Source: Candidatus Poribacteria bacterium
GTDB taxonomy: Bacteria > Poribacteria > WGA-4E > GCA-2687025
Direction: 5' to 3'
Length of the DNA stretch: 64,000 nucleotides
NCBI GenBank assembly: GCA_963665845.2
Contig: OY762492.1
Coordinates: forward strand, 1,248,001 to 1,312,000
Shown here: one piece after another, positions 39,760 through 51,000 of the stretch
Layout: each line of letters begins with the position of its first letter
How positions within the stretch are numbered: position 1 is the stretch's first letter
Notes under the pieces: model-generated
The model's input: the letters and a program-made list of their open reading frames with translations, nothing else
Databases searched by the model: none
Told to the model about the DNA's origin: nothing
Translations under genes and position numbers: made by a program

Positions 39760-41165
39760 ACGACGTCCAGCGATCCGCCCTGCGCAGCCTGCCCGTTGTC
39801 GATGAGGCGCTCAACAAGCCTGTTCTGGCGCCTTACGCGAAGCGTTTTCGCCGCCGTTTTTTAAAGCGCCTCGTCCAAGAGGAAATCGAACGGGCGCGTC
39901 AACGCATTCTGAACAGCCCCGACAATCCGCCGACCCTCTCCGCCGAAGAAGCCGCCCAATCTGCCGCAAACCGCCTTGCGCGCCGGACGCTCCCTCTCCG
40001 CCGAGTCATCAACGCGACCGGAACGGTCACGCATACGAACCTGGGGCGCTCCATTTTGCCTGAAGCGGCGGCAGACGCGCTTTTAACGGCGGCGAGTCAT
40101 TGCGTCAACCTTGAATACGACCTTCAAAAAGGCGGAAGAGGCGGCCGATACCAGAGCGTCGAAACCGCTTTAAAACGGCTGACGCAGGCGGAAGCGGCTG
40201 TCGTCGTCAACAACAACGCCGCCGCCGTTCTGATCGCGCTCAAAACGCTCGCCGAGGGGCGCGAAACGATCGTCTCGCGCGGCGAGCTGATCGAGATCGG
40301 CGGCTCCTTCAGGCTTCCCGATGTGATGGAGGCGGCGGGAACAACGCTGCGCGAGGTCGGGACGACCAACCGAACCCACCCGCGCGACTACGAAAACGCG
40401 GTCAACGAAAACACGGCGCTGCTACTCAAGGCGCATCCCAGCAACTACGCGGTTCAAGGTTTCACGCGCGAAACCTCCATCGAACAGCTTGCCGAGATCG
40501 GACGCCAACGCGGTTTGCCGGTGATGGAAGACCTCGGCAGCGGCGCGGTGATCCGCCTAGAGCAGTACGGGTTGCCGATGGAACCTACGCCGTCAGACCG
40601 CCTCGCCGCGGGCGCGGACATCGTAACCTTCAGCGGCGACAAGCTCCTCGGCGGGCCGCAGGCGGGAATACTGGTCGGCAAGGCGGCGCTGATAGAACAG
40701 ATCAAACGGCATCCGCTCATGCGCGCCGTCAGGGTTGGAAAATTGACGCTTGCCGCGCTCTCCGCTGTTCTGGATCTTTATGAAACGTCCGCGCGTCCTG
40801 AGCAGGAGCTTCCGATGCTTCGACAGATGACGCAGCCTCTGCGGAAGGTGAAACGGCGCGCCCGCCGATTCGTCCAAAAATGCGCGCAAGAGATGGACGG
40901 CGCCGCTGAAGTTGCTGTCATGCCGTCCGAAGCGCAAATCGGAAGCGGCGCCCAGCCGATGTCTCCGATACAGAGCGCGGCGGCGACCCTCCGCCCCGCG
41001 GATCCGCGCGCGTCTATTGAGCGGTGGGAAGCGGTCCTGCGTTCCGCCGACCCGCCCGTCATCGCGCGCCTTCAACGCGGGCGGCTCTGGTTCGACTTCC
41101 GCACGGTACGCCCGTCAGACGAGAGCGACCTGCTCCGCGCCGTCCGCCTTTTGAAAACTCCATGA
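39756..41165 (+). CDS. selA: L-seryl-tRNA(Sec) selenium transferase
   Basis: VINATG.V.HTNLGR, VVNNNAAA, EIGGSFR, EVGTTN.T, DLGSG and FSGDKLLGGPQAG motifs. Confidence 0.96.
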   Translation: MNDVQRSALRSLPVVDEALNKPVLAPYAKRFRRRFLKRLVQEEIERARQRILNSPDNPPTLSAEEAAQSAANRLARRTLPLRRVINATGTVTHTNLGRSILPEAAADALLTAASHCVNLEYDLQKGGRGGRYQSVETALKRLTQAEAAVVVNNNAAAVLIALKTLAEGRETIVSRGELIEIGGSFRLPDVMEAAGTTLREVGTTNRTHPRDYENAVNENTALLLKAHPSNYAVQGFTRETSIEQLAEIGRQRGLPVMEDLGSGAVIRLEQYGLPMEPTPSDRLAAGADIVTFSGDKLLGGPQAGILVGKAALIEQIKRHPLMRAVRVGKLTLAALSAVLDLYETSARPEQELPMLRQMTQPLRKVKRRARRFVQKCAQEMDGAAEVAVMPSEAQIGSGAQPMSPIQSAAATLRPADPRASIERWEAVLRSADPPVIARLQRGRLWFDFRTVRPSDESDLLRAVRLLKTP

Positions 41166-41175
41166 AAACGGCGCC

Positions 41176-43092
41176 ATGAAACATATCATCCTCGGCACCG
41201 CCGGACATGTCGACCATGGCAAAACGGAGCTGATCAAGGCTCTCACCGGCATCGAAACGGACCGCCTTAAAGAAGAAAAAGAGCGCGGACTCTCCATCGA
41301 ACTCGGCTTCGCCCACTTCGACCTGCCGAACGGCATGCGCATCGGCGTCGTCGATGTGCCGGGGCATGAGCGTTTCATCGACGCGATGATGGCGGGCGCG
41401 CATGGCATGGACATGGTACTGCTGGCGGTCTCCGCCAAAGAAGGCGTCCAGCCTCAAACGCGGGAACATCTGGAGGCGCTGAACCTGTTAGAAATACGGC
41501 GCGGCGTCCTTGTGTTGACGATGCGCGATCTGACCGACGAGGAGGAGACCGAATTTGCGCTTGAGGAGGCGCGCGAGACGCTGGAAGGAACCAGCCTCGC
41601 CGGTATGCCCGCCGTTGCCGTCTCGGCGCGCACGGGCGAAGGGATGGACGCATTAAAACGGCTCATCGAAGAAACCGCCATGCAAGCCGCCAAAGAAGAG
41701 CCTGAAGAAGACGGCGTCCCGACGCTGCCGGTCGACCGCGTCTTTACCCTGGACGGCATCGGCGCTGTCGTCACGGGGACGCTGCGCGGCGGCTGTCTTG
41801 AAGAGGGGGAGTCGGTCGTTCTTTGGCCTGAAGAGATCGAAGCGCGCGTCCGCAGCGTCCACACGCATGGCGAAAACGTTCCGCGCGCCAACCCTGGACA
41901 ACGCGCCGCGCTCAACCTTGCCGGCGTACGGCGTTCCCAGCTCGCGCGCGGACAGGTCGTTACGCTGCCGAATCACGGACGGCTCGCGGACCGCATCGAT
42001 GTCGATCTGCGCGTCGCCGGCGGTTATCCGCGCATCGTGGAGCGGTGGACGCGGGCGCGGCTGCATATCGGAACCGCGGAAACGTTCTGCCGTATCGTTC
42101 CGCTCGCCGAGGATGCGGCGCTTCTCCCAGGCGAAGCGGGAAGCGCGCAGCTGCGCATCGAAAAACCGATCTTCGCCCACCGAGGCGACCGATTCCTCAT
42201 ACGCGACGACTCTGTACAGCGAATACTCGGCGGCGGACGCATACTGGATCCGGTCGCGCCAATCTACAAACGAAGCGCCCCCGCAAGCCAGTCGGCTCTC
42301 CAAACGATGCGCGGCGACTCGGACGAGGCGGTCTTGCTGCATCTGCTCACGCGCGGGAAGGACCCGTTTTTTCCTATAGAAAGCCTGTCGGTCTATTTTC
42401 CGATGCGGCGCCGTCAGCGGCAAAACTGGATTGACGCGCTAGAGGAGGACGGGCGGCTGCTTCAAGCCGGCGCGTTTCTGATTGAGGCGGAGAGGTTTCA
42501 GCGGCTTCAACATGAGATTGAAACGGCGCTGCAGGATTTCCATGAGCAGAATCCGCTTGCAGGCGGCATGGGCGTCTCCGAACTTCGCAGCGCGGTTGAA
42601 TCGCCTGTCTCTGAAACGGCGTTTGAATGGGCGCTGAACCGATTTGCCGAAGCGGGCGTCGTTGAACGGGACGGTAACTTGGCTCGCCTCCGCGGACGTC
42701 AGATCGAGTTTGACGAAGCGGCTGACGCCCTGCGCGCCGAATTGGAACGCCGCCTCCAAAATGCGGGACTCGCGGCGCCCTCGGAGGCGGAGCTGCATGA
42801 GCGGTACGGTTTGGAGCTGGTGAACGCGCTGACGCAGCTCGGCGCGCTGGTGAAGATCGCGGACGGTTACTGGATACACCGCTCAACCTACGATGAGACG
42901 CTCCAGAAACTGCGCGCCGCCTTTCAGACGCAGCAGCGCGTGGACATCGCCGCGTTCCGCGAGCTGACCGGCGCCTCGCGCAAATACGCGCTGCCGTTCT
43001 TGGAGCATTGCGATCAGCAGGGATGGACGATGCGCGTCGGCAACGCGCGCAAAGCGTCGCAGCGGTTTCTCAACGCGCAAGAGCCGTCATAG
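41176..43092 (+). CDS. selB: selenocysteine-specific elongation factor
   Basis: GTAGHVDHGKT, DRLKEE..RG.SIELGF and DVPGHE; C-terminal winged helix SRKYALP.LE. Confidence 0.96.
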   Translation: MKHIILGTAGHVDHGKTELIKALTGIETDRLKEEKERGLSIELGFAHFDLPNGMRIGVVDVPGHERFIDAMMAGAHGMDMVLLAVSAKEGVQPQTREHLEALNLLEIRRGVLVLTMRDLTDEEETEFALEEARETLEGTSLAGMPAVAVSARTGEGMDALKRLIEETAMQAAKEEPEEDGVPTLPVDRVFTLDGIGAVVTGTLRGGCLEEGESVVLWPEEIEARVRSVHTHGENVPRANPGQRAALNLAGVRRSQLARGQVVTLPNHGRLADRIDVDLRVAGGYPRIVERWTRARLHIGTAETFCRIVPLAEDAALLPGEAGSAQLRIEKPIFAHRGDRFLIRDDSVQRILGGGRILDPVAPIYKRSAPASQSALQTMRGDSDEAVLLHLLTRGKDPFFPIESLSVYFPMRRRQRQNWIDALEEDGRLLQAGAFLIEAERFQRLQHEIETALQDFHEQNPLAGGMGVSELRSAVESPVSETAFEWALNRFAEAGVVERDGNLARLRGRQIEFDEAADALRAELERRLQNAGLAAPSEAELHERYGLELVNALTQLGALVKIADGYWIHRSTYDETLQKLRAAFQTQQRVDIAAFRELTGASRKYALPFLEHCDQQGWTMRVGNARKASQRFLNAQEPS

Positions 43093-44997
43093 CTGCATCG
43101 GCAAAATGTTGTTCCCGCGCCCCGTGGCAAAGCCGAGCGCCGACAGCAGCCCCGCCGCCGCGTAATCGCCCAGAATCAACCCGAAAAAAAGCGGGCGCCA
43201 GGCATGGTAGGTCTTCGGGCCGCCGAAGCGTATCGCCATCGATTTCACCGCCCAGGCGGCAAAAAGCGACGACCACAGCACATACGGCGCCGAACTCGCC
43301 CCGACAGCGTACCCGATCGGATGGAGCGGAAAGCCGACGAACCGATAGCGCAGGAGAAGCATCGCCGCTGTCGCGCCCGCGCCGAGGGCGACGGAGCCAG
43401 CCTCCATCCCTGAAGGCGGCGCGGGCGAGTCGATCAGATTTGCCGCCCTGTTAAACGGCGTTCGGGTGAACCATCCGCCGCCGGTCGCCAAGTTGAGCGC
43501 GCCTTCCGTATAGCCGAGATACAGTGTCGCGGCATAGGACACTCCCGCCGCCGCCACAACGCCCCCCGCCAGCGCCAGCGCCACATGCCTGCCCTTCAGC
43601 CCCATCTCCGGTCCGATGCGCGCCCCATGCGCGAAATGCGGCATCGGCAGCTGCTCCCATGCGCGCATGAGCGTATGCTCTGGGAGCGCGAGTATCGGCA
43701 GGCTGCCCCGTCCGACCGCCCTTGACCCGAACAGCAGGACGATCCAATCGGACGGGTAAAAGGGGGCTTGGACGACCATCAACCCGCCGTTCGCCACCAT
43801 CCATGTCAAGACGGTTGAGATGAGCAGGAAGATCAGCATGACAGCGAGCGCCGGCCAGACCGAGACGCCCGCCCATATCAGCAGCAGAGCCGCGCCCGCC
43901 GCGCCGCCGACATACCCGCCGACCGCCTGTCGGCGCGACAGCAATTCCCCCTCTCCCTTGTTCGATCCGAAACCGAAGGCGCCCTTGACGGCGCGGTAAA
44001 GATGATCCTTCGCCGACCAGGCAATCAAGCAGCCGACAGCGATGATGGCGCCGATCGATTGACGGCTCGCCGCCGTCCATGGACGTATTGGAATCGAGAA
44101 CGCCGAGATGATCACATACTGCGCCTTAAACGCCCAGAAAAAGAACCAAAGGCTAAACGAAATCTCCAACGGCAGCAGATACCCGATGCCGATGACGGAC
44201 GGATAGATCATCGCGACGGGAGCCGGCCAATGGTTCAAGGTACCCCATGGGCGTCCTGTGATTCCGCGCGTCAAATGGAACCGGGTCGGTATTTCGGGGA
44301 CGGCGGGGTTCATGTCATGCAGCGCGTTCAGCCCATGAAGAAGGAGCGGAATGAGCGCGCCGATCCAGAGCCGCTTGTCGTAGAGGAGGCGCGGAAGCCG
44401 TCTGCCGGCGTTCGGCGTATGCATCAGCTCCATCGGAACGCGCGCCAGCGGGAACGAATACCGTTCGCGTTCCACCCATGGACGGCGCAGCAGAACGCAC
44501 AGGCAGTATAATGACAAGAAACAGAGCAGGACAAACGCGGTCCAAAATCCGAGCGGTTTGAGCCACGCTTCCCATGGGACGGCGGCGCCGTCAGCCGATT
44601 CAAAGAATTTGCGCGCCGCTTCAGCGTCGGAGACGCGCGCCCAGCTGGGGATCGCCTCGTTCAGCAGCGCTTCCCAGTCGTTCTCCGGCGTTTTGAAATA
44701 GGCGGTTGATGCGAGCAGCGGGATCAGAAACGCCGTCAGCCCGCGCAGGGGCAGGACGCTTGCGATGGCGGACATGATCCAGATGAACGCGAGTTCGCTG
44801 GAGCGCAGGCGCGCCTTGGGCGTCCATCTTGCGGCGGCGGGGTTCCATATCAGAACGAGAAACGCCAGCAGCAGAAGCGGAGCGAGCGGAAGGTTCCCCC
44901 CAAACGACGAATTGCGCAGAACGTAGTTGTTATACGGGGCTAACGCGCTCTGAACGGCGACCCACGCAAGCCCGATCAGAAAAGCGCGCGGCGTCAT
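43087..44997 (-). CDS. polytopic membrane protein (DUF6785/DUF6784-like, putative transporter)
   Basis: Many TM helices; VPWEAW.KP, W.E.ER..FPL, FSLWFF, PLHPIGY and PLF.GL.LG motifs. Confidence 0.7.
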   Translation of the reverse strand: MTPRAFLIGLAWVAVQSALAPYNNYVLRNSSFGGNLPLAPLLLLAFLVLIWNPAAARWTPKARLRSSELAFIWIMSAIASVLPLRGLTAFLIPLLASTAYFKTPENDWEALLNEAIPSWARVSDAEAARKFFESADGAAVPWEAWLKPLGFWTAFVLLCFLSLYCLCVLLRRPWVERERYSFPLARVPMELMHTPNAGRRLPRLLYDKRLWIGALIPLLLHGLNALHDMNPAVPEIPTRFHLTRGITGRPWGTLNHWPAPVAMIYPSVIGIGYLLPLEISFSLWFFFWAFKAQYVIISAFSIPIRPWTAASRQSIGAIIAVGCLIAWSAKDHLYRAVKGAFGFGSNKGEGELLSRRQAVGGYVGGAAGAALLLIWAGVSVWPALAVMLIFLLISTVLTWMVANGGLMVVQAPFYPSDWIVLLFGSRAVGRGSLPILALPEHTLMRAWEQLPMPHFAHGARIGPEMGLKGRHVALALAGGVVAAAGVSYAATLYLGYTEGALNLATGGGWFTRTPFNRAANLIDSPAPPSGMEAGSVALGAGATAAMLLLRYRFVGFPLHPIGYAVGASSAPYVLWSSLFAAWAVKSMAIRFGGPKTYHAWRPLFFGLILGDYAAAGLLSALGFATGRGNNILPMQL

Positions 44998-45085
44998 ATC
45001 AGATGAAGCGCGGCAGTTTTGCGCCGCTCGCGCCGCATGAGCGATGCAGTTTCCAACGCCCCGTGCCGTTCAACATGTCCATGCC

Positions 45086-48000
45086 CTAACGCAGAATCAC
45101 CAGTTTTCCGAGGCGCTCTTGCGCCTCTTTCTGATCAAAATGCCAAGATTCCATCCGGAACTTATAAAAGTAGACGCCGTTCGAGAGCGTCTCGCCGTCG
45201 TCGGATCGCCCGTCCCATCGGTACTCATTTTTGCCGCGCTCTGCCGGGGCGTCGTCAATCGTTTTCACCAGCCGACCCGCCGAGGTGTACACGCGCACCG
45301 TGACCGATTCCGCGGGCTGCGTCAGCGCGTAGGTGAAGAAGGTGCCGCGCGTGACAGGATCGATCGGGCTGAACGGATTCGGCGCGTTCAACACCTGCCC
45401 AATGAGGCGCGTCGGCTCTTCAACGGAAAATCGGAACGGCGCTTCGGGACTGCCGCTCAAATATCCTTCGTTCTCGGTCACATCCTGAAACGACGCATGG
45501 ATCTCATACTCGCCGTTCGGCAGGTCGGCGCTCCATGAGATGCGCGCCGTCTTCGGGTCGGGCCGCTGAAATTCATACGCGAGCGGCTCTGGGGTTTCCC
45601 CCTCTTCGCCTTTTCGCGCGACGGTCAATTGAAGGGTGCGCATGCTTAAAATGTGATTGTCGTCGATCTGCAGCGTCAAGGTCTCCGGCGTTTTCGTGAA
45701 GATATGATTCGGACTGACGGCGCCCTGTTCGCTGTGGAGAGCGATCGTCGGCGGGTCAAAATCGGGCGGGCGCTCCACCTTGAAGTTGAACTCGGCGCCC
45801 GGCTCCTCCATCCCTGTCAGGTCGACGGCGCGCAGCTGAAACGCATGCTCCCCGACATACAGCGCCGGCTTCATCCGCAGCGACATTTGAACAATCTGGC
45901 TTCGGTCAAGCGAATACTGGTCAGGAGAAACGGTTTCAAAATCAGCGGCGCCGGGAGCTTTATGCCGCAGCTGAATCGCATGCGGGTCGATGCCGTTCGG
46001 GTCCGTTATCAGAAAGGCAACCTCCGGCTGCGGCTCAATGACGGAGCCGTCCGCCGGCGTTTCGTTGTCGACAAAGATTTGAACGGCGGGCGGATTCAGG
46101 TCTTTGTCCCGCATGAGCGTGAAAATGCCGGCGGTATCCGTTTCGGCGCGTATCGTCATTACGCGCCCGATGCGCGCCCGCGCCAGATCGCCGAACGCAA
46201 ACGGGCGGTTGCCCTCAAGCGCCTGAAACTTCAGGCCGATGCTCCCTACATTGATCTCCACTCCGTTGACGGAGCCTTGGATCGCGCGTCCGGACGAATT
46301 GAGGATCTGATCGCCGTTTCCGTCCCGTATCTCATACAGGCTATCGCTTTTGAAGAAGACGAACCAGTCCCCGTACAGCGCGTTGTTGACCGTCACATTG
46401 GCGCGCAGCTGCAGCGTGACGGAGCCGTCGCCGGCGTTGGAATAGCGCATATTCTTCGCCTGAACGATTCCGTTTTCGCTGACCGTTTCAAAGGTCAGAA
46501 CATCTCCCGGCTGCGCCGGCTTGGAGACGGCGCTGGACGGACCCTCCGGGTCGATGTTCCTGACAAGCATCCGCCGCAGGTACACCGTCTCGTCCTGATA
46601 AGGCGCGTCCAACCGCCCTGGAACGGGGAGTTCGATATAGGCATGGTCGCCCCCTTCGTTAAACAACACGCGGTATTTCTGATGCGAAACGAACATGACC
46701 GCCCATTTCCCGATAGGTCCGATCGTGCTGTCCACCTCAATATCTCCATGGAAGCGCAGGTTGGAGCTCTCTAGGTTGTTATAGAGGGGAGGCGTGATAT
46801 GTACGCTTTCAATCGGCTCTCCGTCCTCTCCCCGGTCCAGCGTGGACGGAAAGCGCCGCCATGCCGCCAGCTCCTCATCCCACTGGTAGACGCTGACAAG
46901 GCTCAACGCCTCCTTGACCGCCTCTTTATGGCTCTCGATCTCTGGGCTAGTCCACTGAAACGGGTTGAACGGCAGGTCAAGGTCGCGCGCGACATCGTCC
47001 TTGAGCGCCTGATAGTTGAAACCGATGCGCAGCGTTGCCGGCGCCTTGAACGCGGTGTCGCCGGAGGTCAATTTGACTTCGAAGGCGGTCTTGTCGTTGT
47101 TTCGGATGCGCTGATATTGAACGCGCCCATACGGAGCGTCCTCCCCGTCCGATAAATCGCCCTCCATCGGCGGAAGCAGCGAGATCGACAAGGTTGTTGG
47201 AGACGGCGCCGCCTCTTTTGGAACGTCGATATGGAACGTTCGGTCAAGGCTGTATGCGGTCGCGTCGTCCTCTCCGATGTAAAAGTCGCTCACTTCAAAC
47301 GGCTTGAAGGTGACGTTGTCTGTCTCTCTCAACTCATAGATTTTTCCTAAGGCGGTGTCCGCCGGGTCGTCGGGTCTTTCAGGGTCAACCCAGACGGTGA
47401 TGTCATGAGAGCCGGGGCTGAGCGGCTTTTCCAGAGGCAGAACGACCGGCGCCTGTTCCCACTCGTCCAAGGCGGGATCGCCCGGCAGCCACTGGTCGGG
47501 GTGAACGACCGCTTGGGCGAGGATCTCCGGCGGCGGATCGGCGTCTAAAACGCCGTTGCCGTCGGCGTCCGCCGAGCCTCTGATGATCAGCACCTCAAAC
47601 GGAATTTCAGGGCGGTGGTCGCCCAGGTTCACCACCGTCGTTCTGAAGACCCATCTTTGCGTCTCTTCGTCAAATCCGTAAGACAGCTCCGGTATGTCCG
47701 TTGATCCGATCTGCCGCACCGCCAGATTCGGTCCTTCAGGCATACGGAACCGCTGCGTTTCCGAGACGACTTCAGGGCGTCCGCCGGCGTCTTCAAACCG
47801 GACATAATACAGAATGCTTCTGCCGAAACGCGGCAGCGGTATGCCTTCAACCGATTCAAACAAGCCGCCTTCTTTTCGCGGCATGGGGGTTTCTTTCCAT
47901 ACGTGGTCGTCCGTATTTTTCCAGTGCGCGGTAACTTTGGCGACGCCGTCCGGTCCTTCGGGGTGTACCGCTTCGGCGGAGATGTAAAGCATATCCTCTA

Positions 48001-51000
48001 TCCTCTCCGCGCTCACCGACAAGATGCGCGCCTGCCCTATCGAAAACCAGGCGCCGCCGACGGCGGTCTGTTTTCCGTCATGCGACTCCGCAAACACGCG
48101 CGCCGACGCCTCCCCCCATGTGGACAGATCGGCGGGAATCGTCAGCTGCGGGCTGTCCAGAAATTCCCCCCCGATCACCGGAACGGTATGCTCAACAACG
48201 GGGCTGTCGTTGTGCGGATACGGGTCAAGGTTGTTCGGAAAATCGAGCGCGATCCGCATCTGACCGTCAAAATCGGCAACCTTCATCGGCGGATCGACCG
48301 CCATGTTCAGTACCGAACCTTGAAGAACGCGCAGCTGCTGGCGCGGATCAACCGCTTCGGGTTTCACCTTCACCTCAACGTTAAAGTCGGGGCGCCGCAG
48401 CGGCGCCGCCGGGTCTCCAAACAGCGTGTACTGCATGAGTCCAGGGATGCAGTACGTGCTGCGCTCGTTTTCCGCAAACAGAACAGCTTCTATCTTTGCC
48501 GTTGTCAGCAGCTCGCCGATTCGGTTGGAGGGATGATGAAACAGTATCGGGAAGAAGATGTTGTCGAAGTCGATGTTGCAGTTGGCGTAGGTTTTGCGCG
48601 TCGCGCCAATCACCGCCGACGCCCCGGCTCCGCTTCGCAAAAGAAACTCTTCGCCCATAGAGCGCTGCCCGATCTGCTCGGGCGAGTCGAAGGCGCTGAT
48701 GAGGCATGTTGTGGCGATGACGAGCGGCTGCCGAGCGCCGTTGCGCATACGCAGGATGTCTTCGGTGCGCAGGATGTCCTCGTCCGCCCAGACGCTGCGC
48801 CCGCCATGCCCCGCGTACTCCAGAAGCAAAGCCCCCTCGGAGACCGCCTTGACGATGCGGTCGTTAGCCTCGCGGCTGGACGGCAGGGTCTCCTCTTCGG
48901 GCGGGTCCCATTTTCCGTTTGAGGGCGCCTTGTCCCGCAGGTAGATCTTGTTGACATCATACCCCGGCGGCGTCCGTTCGCGTATCAATTCTTCTCGGCT
49001 GGTTCGGAACACATGGTCGCCGTTGTGGGTGGTGCGGTTGTCGGAAATATGAATCACTCTGGAGCGCCATTCGGGGTTGGGTCCGCTCTCCGTTTCGTAG
49101 GCGATGATCTTCTGAATGACCGAGCGCAGCTCGCTGACGGTGTGGATCGGCAGACGCCCGATGTGAAGGTCGGGAATCTTGTCTTTCCCTTCGATGGTGG
49201 CGAAGCGGTGGTCCATCGGGGTCTCGCCGCCGCCTTCAAGCCCTCCGTCCGACCAGCCATGGATCGTCGGAATGAAGTTGGGGTACCCGTCGACGATTTC
49301 AGGGTTGGCTTGGCGCATAAAATAGTCGGAGTTGTCCCCTTTATAGTTGTAATGCCCGTCCCCGACAAGCAGCGCATATTCCGGCGGAATCTCCCAGCTT
49401 TGATACGCGGTGCGCAAAAAGGTTTTGATAGCGAAGGGGCTGAAACGCCCGTGGTTAAAGTCGTTGTAGATGTCTTCTATATTGGCGACAACGACATGGA
49501 AGCCTTGGTTCTCCCGATGCTCCTTCAGCTCGTCCAGCGCGTTCATGAAGACGGGATGCGCAATGATGAGATAGTTTCCCTTGATGGACGGGCTGCGGAG
49601 ACCGCTGCGCGGAGCCGGCAAAATCGCAAACGGCGTTTTCACATCCTCCGGACGAACGACGGCAAACTGCGCCGGCTTCGTCAGGTCGTCTTCAAAAGAG
49701 ACCGTGTAGGTTCTCGGATCGGCATTGTCGATCTGCGCATCCAGTTGGGCGAATCTCGTCTCTAAACTTCCGTCGCCGCCGATTCGATAGACCAGCGGAA
49801 ACGGCGTCGGGCATGCCTCCACCCTGAAAAGAACCGGCCCCGGGTCCGGTTCGGGATAAAGACGCTCCGATATATACGCGCCCTTCGGCTCCACGCGCGA
49901 ATACTCCATCCGCCGCCAGTAATCGATCTCATACCAGTCCAGCAGGATGTCGTAGTTGTTCGCTCGAGCCTCGGTGCCGTTGTCGTCGTTGGAGGTGAAG
50001 GTGAAACCTGTCTTTTCCGCCACAAAACGCTGCGGAAAATAGAACTCGCCGTATCGGGACTTCTGCCCGTTCCAGTTGAGCCGTCCGATGCGGTTCTGCC
50101 CGATATAGATGGAGAACTCATGCGGGTCGTTTGAGTTTTGTCCGCCATGCAGCAGGATGCGGAAGACGGCTTGCGCCGAGATGTTGTTCGCTTCGTCTGT
50201 GAAGTCGTACACCACAGGCGTTTTGCGCGTGACGCCGGTAAAGCCGGTCCAGAAATAATGGTCTATCTGGTCGTTGTCCTGCTTTTCGAGATTGTCATGA
50301 AATACATTGTCTTCAAAAAAACGGGGCGCGCGGAACGCCCTCGGCTGCGGCGCGTCAAGCGTCTTCGGCTTGCCGTTTTTTAAAAAGGTGCGGCTGCCCT
50401 GCTTTCCGCCCCATTCAAGAAAGTACGCGTTCGTCAAATTGTACCGGTTATGCGGTATACGCTCGGCGAAGAAATAGATGCGATCCGCGTCATCGAAGCG
50501 TCCATTTTCGTTTTTGTCCGTTATATCAATGGAGACCTCATTGCCAAGGCGCGTCAGTCTAAAGGTGTGCGGATCGATGCTGTCAGGGTCAACCCCCGCA
50601 GAACGCAGCGCGTTTGGCGAAATGCGGTGCAGCGCTGTCTGCACAACCAGTATTTTGACGCGCCTTAAGCTGTCATCCTCTTGCGTTGAGGCGGGAGCTG
50701 TCCGCGGACGCGCGCGCCCGACGCGCAGCCGTTCCGCCTGCCGGTTGTTGAGCAGCAGCCGATCCATGGATGTCTGCATCGTTTCAGACCGCGGCATTTT
50801 CTCCCGAACCCGACCGGGAACTGTCGAGACGGAAGCCCCGAACTCAATGCGGACGCTGCATCGCTCCGTGACAACAAGGTCGGCGCCGTCCACAGCGGCG
50901 GGGCGTATCTGCAGGGCGCCGAGGTACTGGTCGCGGAAATAGCCGGCGGCGCGGACGGAGACTAACGCGGGGCTGTACGTTTCAGGGAGATTCTGCGCCT